Positions 59,496-64,000 of a stretch of 64,000 nt of DNA are shown in pieces. The position numbers and the translations under genes are program-made. The stretch comes from Bdellovibrionota bacterium (GTDB lineage Bacteria; Bdellovibrionota; UBA1018; CAIPTA01; JAALKR01): positions 256,001 to 320,000 of the forward strand of contig CBDBMJ010000003.1 of NCBI GenBank assembly GCA_965207455.1, given 5' to 3'. Below the pieces are notes generated by a model that saw only the letters and a list, made by a program, of their open reading frames with translations, did no database searches and was not told where the DNA came from. Positions within the stretch are counted from its first letter, which is position 1, and every line of letters starts with the position of its first letter.

Positions 59496-60644
59496 ATGTC
59501 TCCAGAAAATCATCTCGTAAATCGCTTCATTTTGCCAGACTTGAAGTTCAAAAAATTCATAAAACAATCTAACAAGACGTTTCTCTTCTTCTGCGTTAAG
59601 AAGAGCCAATGGGAAGTATGCCGGAAGTGCCCCACAAAATCCTTCTCCGTTCATGACAAGAGAATGGTAACCATCAGAGATGCTCGGCTTCAAAACAAGC
59701 ATGTGAAGCTCATTATTGAGAAACGGCGGTTCCGCTGTCCAAGGTGCAAATCTGTATTCACTGAATCTATTGATGGTATTAAGGTTGGATTTAGAACCAC
59801 AGAGAAGTATCGTAATGAACTCCTTTATGACTTCAGGCAATCGTCTTGCGCAACAACTGTTGCTAAAAAGCTAAGATGCTCCACCTCTTTTGTGACTTAC
59901 ACTGTGAATGAAAGGCTTGAGCTTGAACTTAGAAAGTCAAGGAACGCTCCTTGGTCTAAAACAGTCTTAATTGATGAGCATGCTTTTGGTCGCAATAAGA
60001 AATTCAGGATAAAAGATTTTGTTACTTGCTTTGTCGATAATCCTCGTCGATGCCTAAGAGAAATGGCATCTGGTCGTAATCATACTGATCTTTATGAAGC
60101 TATTAAACACATCCCTGGGAAAGAAAATGTATCTCATGTTGTTATTGATATGAGTGCAAACTATAAAAATTTTGCAGAAAGTTATTTCACAAATGCTCGT
60201 ATTGTTGTTGATAAGTTTCATGTTTTAAGACTTCTCCAGCCAGCAATAAGGAAATATAGGAAAGAGGTTACCGGTGATGACAGGAAGAATCCCATAAGGA
60301 GGCTTCTCTTAAGGAACGGGAGAGATTTAAAAACCTATCAAAAAAGGGCGATTGGAAGATTTTGTAGAGAAAACCCTACCCTTGGTGAGGTCTATAATTT
60401 CAAAGAGCGAATAAATAACTTTTATAGAATAAAAGGCTTCAATCAAGCATCAAGAATTTTAACAAAGATCACTGATGATATGGCCTTATCCAAAATAAAA
60501 GAGATTAGAACGATGCGTAGAACAGGTCTCACCAATGCTCGTATTGAAGGATTCAATCGAAAGTGTAAGCTCCTTCAGCGGCAGGCATACGGTTTTCAAA
60601 ACTTTGAGAACTATAGGCTGCGAGCACTCTACAAATGTAGTTAG
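59496..60644 (+). CDS. ISL3-family transposase, probably with an internal in-frame deletion
   Basis: Zn-finger CRKC...RFRCPRC, IDEH, VIDM, DKFHV, TNARIEGFN. Confidence 0.88.
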   Translation: MSPENHLVNRFILPDLKFKKFIKQSNKTFLFFCVKKSQWEVCRKCPTKSFSVHDKRMVTIRDARLQNKHVKLIIEKRRFRCPRCKSVFTESIDGIKVGFRTTEKYRNELLYDFRQSSCATTVAKKLRCSTSFVTYTVNERLELELRKSRNAPWSKTVLIDEHAFGRNKKFRIKDFVTCFVDNPRRCLREMASGRNHTDLYEAIKHIPGKENVSHVVIDMSANYKNFAESYFTNARIVVDKFHVLRLLQPAIRKYRKEVTGDDRKNPIRRLLLRNGRDLKTYQKRAIGRFCRENPTLGEVYNFKERINNFYRIKGFNQASRILTKITDDMALSKIKEIRTMRRTGLTNARIEGFNRKCKLLQRQAYGFQNFENYRLRALYKCS

Positions 60645-60884
60645 GGCCAGAACTAGATGCCTTTGAAGGGCCTAAGGTTCGTTTTGGAGTATAGGAAGCA
60701 CTGATTTTAAAAAATCAGCTGGATAGCTTTATCTTAAATCCTATAAATATGTTGAAAATGACTATAAATCATGCGATATCCATGAACAGAAACTGAAAGT
60801 TGTTACTCGTGTGAGCCTCTAGGACTGTGTTTTGGAATGACTTCCACCATTAACTTTAGAGACCCGATATAACGCATTAATTTT

Positions 60885-61273
60885 TGGCGGAGAGAGAGGG
60901 CTCGACCCACTACAGGAAATCCCTTCCAGAGGATTTCCCTGCGTAGGCTCTCCTACGCAATTTAAAAAATCTTCCACGATTTTTTTCCCCTCACTAGTCC
61001 CTCGCTAGCTCGGAACCAGCGCGGGTCATTGCTCCGTGTTCGAATCCCTCTGCTTATTTTCCTATGTGTGGATGCAAGGGTTTGAAAGGTTTTTATTCCA
61101 CTTTGTATGTGGCGGAGAGAGAGGGCTCGACCCACTACAGGAAACCCCCTCCAGGGATTTCCCTGCGTAGGCTCTCCTACGCAATTTAAAAAATCTTCCA
61201 CGATTTTTTTCCCCTCACTAGTCCCTCGCTAGCTCGGAACCAGCGCGGGTCATTGCTCCGTGTTCGAATCCCT
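60885..61273 (-). repeat. Two ~165-bp structured repeat units (60885-61050, 61110-61273), each ending in the tRNA-Ser 3' end
   Basis: Near-identical units with several internal hairpins, separated by unrelated 59-bp and 57-bp spacers. Confidence 0.9.
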
Positions 61274-61330
61274 GCTTGTTATCGCATTTTGTTGGAGCAT
61301 ACTCACCTTTAGATACAACGCATTAATTTT

Positions 61331-61418
61331 TGGCGGAGAGAGAGGGATTCGAACCCCCGGTGCCTTGCGGCACACCGGTTTTCAAAACCGGAGCATTCGG
61401 CCACTCTGCCATCTCTCC
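61331..61418 (-). tRNA. tRNA-Ser(UGA)
   Basis: GGAGAGA acceptor stem, anticodon arm CCGGT-TTTGAAA-ACCGG, long variable arm, GGTTCGAATCC, G discriminator plus CCA. Confidence 0.96.
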
Positions 61419-61431
61419 TGCTTTCAGTCCT

Positions 61432-61460
61432 AGAATACCGTATAGCACTGAAATCATCAA
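61432..61460 (-). promoter_or_regulatory. Sigma70-type promoter of tRNA-Ser
   Basis: TTGATG-17 bp-TATTCT, 13 nt upstream of the tRNA. Confidence 0.6.
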
Positions 61461-61621
61461 ATGAATGTGTGCTCCCCATCCATTCACTGAACAAAAATTC
61501 GTATGTTTTTGCAAAACTTTAAAAACCACCCCACTTGTCAACGTCCTTTTTCAATATTATAGTGGAATTTGGTCTTGTGCCGAAAAAATAACTAGAAGCA
61601 ACAAAAAAGGACTTTAAAATC

Positions 61622-61882
61622 ATGAAAAAAATAAGCATACACACAACAGACTACTGCTCGTTTTGTACGCGCACTAAAGGCTTGCTCGATAGTCTTGGTC
61701 TTGCCTTTGAAGAATATAAGGTGGACCGGGAGGACATACAGGCGTGGCAGGATTTAGAGAAAAGATCTGGACTGAAAACAATGCCACAAATTTTTATAGA
61801 TGAGCTATGTATTGGTGGCTTCCAAGAATTACATGCCATGAACGAAAGTGGCGAATTAAAAAAAATATTAGCAAAGGAATAA
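61622..61882 (+). CDS. Glutaredoxin (Grx3-like)
   Basis: YCSFC, TMPQIFI, IGGF. Confidence 0.92.
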   Translation: MKKISIHTTDYCSFCTRTKGLLDSLGLAFEEYKVDREDIQAWQDLEKRSGLKTMPQIFIDELCIGGFQELHAMNESGELKKILAKE

Positions 61883-61884
61883 AA

Positions 61885-62424
61885 ATGAATGCATTAGACA
61901 ACCTTGTTGAAAAACTCTGCAACTCTTCTCCCACCATGGAGAACCATGTAAAAATCTTAAACTCAAGCCCCATGCCTTCCGTTGAGGAAGTGGAAAAATA
62001 CACTTTCTGGCAACCAGGCGTTTATGTCCGGAACTTGATCAAGCGCACAGAAGACTTTGAATTAATTCTTTTCTGTTGGGATACAAACAGCGTTGCTCCG
62101 ATACATAACCACAGCGCTCAGTGGTGTTGGATGTCCATTCTACAGGGTGAATTGAAAGAAGTTTATTATTCTACCCAATCTATCGAGGAAAGAAATCCCA
62201 AAGTTATCAAAACAATAAATCATACTCCAAGTGCACGCACCTTCATCGATGATACTATTGGCTGGCATTCAGTCCAAAACGTAAGCCAAGGAAGATCGAT
62301 TAGCCTAAACATATACAATAGACCTATTGATACTTGTAAATTCTACTGCCAAGAGACAAATGCTTCTCAAAATACTGATCTGTCCTATCACTCCATGGAT
62401 GGAAAAGTGCTCAGTGGTACTTGA
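61885..62424 (+). CDS. Cysteine dioxygenase family cupin
   Basis: YVRNLI, LFCW, PIHNH...C, GWHSV, SLNIY; start ATG 61885. Confidence 0.85.
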   Translation: MNALDNLVEKLCNSSPTMENHVKILNSSPMPSVEEVEKYTFWQPGVYVRNLIKRTEDFELILFCWDTNSVAPIHNHSAQWCWMSILQGELKEVYYSTQSIEERNPKVIKTINHTPSARTFIDDTIGWHSVQNVSQGRSISLNIYNRPIDTCKFYCQETNASQNTDLSYHSMDGKVLSGT

Positions 62425-63095
62425 ATAAAGCATTTATGATTTCTTCCCAAATCCCATATTTAAAAACTCTTTTTTTACCTCCATTCAGCACGTCGACTCC
62501 AAAAGAAAAAGAACAAAAATCGCCTCTCATTATTGTGCTTCATGGACTGGGAGATTCCATAGAGGGTTATCGCTTCTTACCCCAGTTTTTAGACATTCCC
62601 AACGTCGCCTATCTCTTAGTAAATGCTCCTGATACATACGTTGTTGGCTATTCCTGGTTTGATTTAGATTGGGGGAACGGTCCAGAACCGGGGATTGCGC
62701 GCTCCCGTGATCTTTTGTTCCGACTATTGGGAGACTTAAATAAAATGGGCTGGGATCGTTTGGCCGTATTTGGTTTTTCCCAAGGTGCTCTGCTTGCTTT
62801 GGATGTTGCCACACACTATCCCTCTCCGCTACATGCCATCGTGGCCGTTAGTGGTTATGCCCATAGTTTAGAAACACTGAAATTAGTCCCTGCTGCTAAG
62901 GAGCAGAAAATTTTTGCTAGTCATGGAAGGCAAGACCCCATGCTTCCCATACAAAACACTCGTCAACAAATAGAAACCCTGCAACGTATGGGATTGAATA
63001 TATCGTGGAAAGAATACGACAAAGACCATACGATAGACCCCGTTCAAGAGGCAAAAGACATCAAACTCTTCCTCCAATCCAATCTACTTGCCTAA
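62421..63095 (+). CDS. Phospholipase/carboxylesterase (alpha/beta hydrolase)
   Basis: LHGLGD, GFSQG, HGRQDP, DH catalytic motifs. Confidence 0.9.
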   Translation: MNKAFMISSQIPYLKTLFLPPFSTSTPKEKEQKSPLIIVLHGLGDSIEGYRFLPQFLDIPNVAYLLVNAPDTYVVGYSWFDLDWGNGPEPGIARSRDLLFRLLGDLNKMGWDRLAVFGFSQGALLALDVATHYPSPLHAIVAVSGYAHSLETLKLVPAAKEQKIFASHGRQDPMLPIQNTRQQIETLQRMGLNISWKEYDKDHTIDPVQEAKDIKLFLQSNLLA

Positions 63096-63124
63096 ACGCT
63101 ACTTTTATGGGATAAAAATAGATC

Positions 63125-64000
63125 ATGGAAATAAAAAATATACTTTCTAAAATACAATGCCCTGACGCGGACTGGATCGGTCTTCGTGAGGTACGCGAAA
63201 ATGCCCGTTGGCGCATGGCCCGAAATGGAAAAATCTCTACCTGTAGTGGAGATACTAGCCACGGTATAATGGTGGAAGTTCTAAAGAATGGCCATATAGC
63301 CTACAGTGCCACTGCCGACAGGAGTGCAGCTTCTGTGGAGTTGGCTGTACAAAAAGCTCTTTCCCTTATTCAAAGGGAGTCGAAGTACAAGGTTCATCAC
63401 TTCACCACAAAACACCGCCCACACACCACGGGAAGGTACCATTCACCTTCGGCTAGTGACGCAATCTCCTCCAGCGATTTAAATACTCTCTTGATAGATG
63501 CTTGTAGCACATTGCGAGTGTCTCCAAAAATTCAAGAAGCTCAGGCCGCTACTTACCTTATAAACAGCAAGCACCGGATGGTTTCCACCGACGGCATGGA
63601 TATTGAACAAGATTTTTCCCATGTGTCTTTCGGCTACGGTGCCACTGCGGTGGACGGTTCCTTGGTGCAAGAGCGTTCCTCTGGAGGATTCCTATCCAAT
63701 AGCTTTCAAGGAAATTTTTCACTCCCTGAACAGGCGTCGTGGAAGGAGAACTTAACTAGGACTGGGCAAGAGGCCTTAGAGTTACTCCAAGCCGACGAGT
63801 GCCCCACAGGCAAAATGGATCTCGTGCTCATGCCCGATCAAATGATGCTACAAATTCATGAGAGCATCGGGCATCCATTGGAAATTGATCGCATACTGGG
63901 CGACGAGAGAAATTACGCTGGTTCCAGTTTTGTTGCATTAAACGATTTTGGAACCCTTACCTACGGTTCTCCCTTGATGAATATAAGTTTCGACCCGACG
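63125..64000 (+). CDS. tldD: TldD/PmbA family metalloprotease (3'-truncated by window edge)
   Basis: ATG 63125, ADWIGLR; in-frame PDQMMLQIHESIGHPLEIDRILGDERNYAG. Confidence 0.88.
   Translation, partial: MEIKNILSKIQCPDADWIGLREVRENARWRMARNGKISTCSGDTSHGIMVEVLKNGHIAYSATADRSAASVELAVQKALSLIQRESKYKVHHFTTKHRPHTTGRYHSPSASDAISSSDLNTLLIDACSTLRVSPKIQEAQAATYLINSKHRMVSTDGMDIEQDFSHVSFGYGATAVDGSLVQERSSGGFLSNSFQGNFSLPEQASWKENLTRTGQEALELLQADECPTGKMDLVLMPDQMMLQIHESIGHPLEIDRILGDERNYAGSSFVALNDFGTLTYGSPLMNISFDPT

Larger units (their letters stand above)
58224..60865 (+). mobile_element. ISL3-family insertion sequence interrupted by an IS5 copy
   Basis: Imperfect terminal IRs gggtctcctaacttgatggtg / caccattaactttagagaccc (17/21); no matching TSD. 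Confidence 0.8.

Noticed and set aside
60885..61330. CRISPR array or additional tRNA genes
   Set aside because: Units are ~165 bp, only two copies, no cas genes; they lack D and anticodon arms and the 5' acceptor strand
61331..61418. Selenocysteine or opal-suppressor tRNA
   Set aside because: Anticodon is UGA (reads UCA, Ser), not UCA; normal 7-bp acceptor stem
60962..61541. Short minus-strand ORFs over the repeat units and tRNA
   Set aside because: They overlap structured non-coding sequence and show no protein features

Overview
AT-rich bacterial chromosome segment. Gene content and order (grpE-dnaK-dnaJ-LpoA-like, fliD-fliS, mfd-PPIase-SurA-TPR-serS) suggest a Bdellovibrionota/deltaproteobacteria-like organism; this is an inference. 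The centre (13.8-37.8 kb, minus strand) holds two complex I gene sets back to back. One is a canonical 14-gene nuoA-N operon. Directly upstream is an intact but extremely divergent 12-gene set (A,B,C,D,H,I,J,K,L,M,M,N). This second set has no NADH module and has an extra NuoM. It keeps all Fe-S cysteines of NuoB/NuoI but has lost most quinone-site residues and nearly all proton-pumping charged residues. It is the strongest candidate for an undescribed system. Accessory DNA includes two near-identical IS5/IS903-type elements with 9-bp TSDs, one nested in a damaged ISL3. It also holds a tandem pair of secreted-protein genes with conserved ends and different cores, a 1666-aa lipoprotein (EEP nuclease/phosphatase, 10 Cys-paired repeats, metzincin protease), argR-argGH with ARG boxes, and an MNT-HEPN pair. 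tRNA-Ser(UGA) is followed by two highly structured ~165-bp units that each end in a copy of the tRNA 3' end. All alignments and counts were done by eye; no database searches were run.
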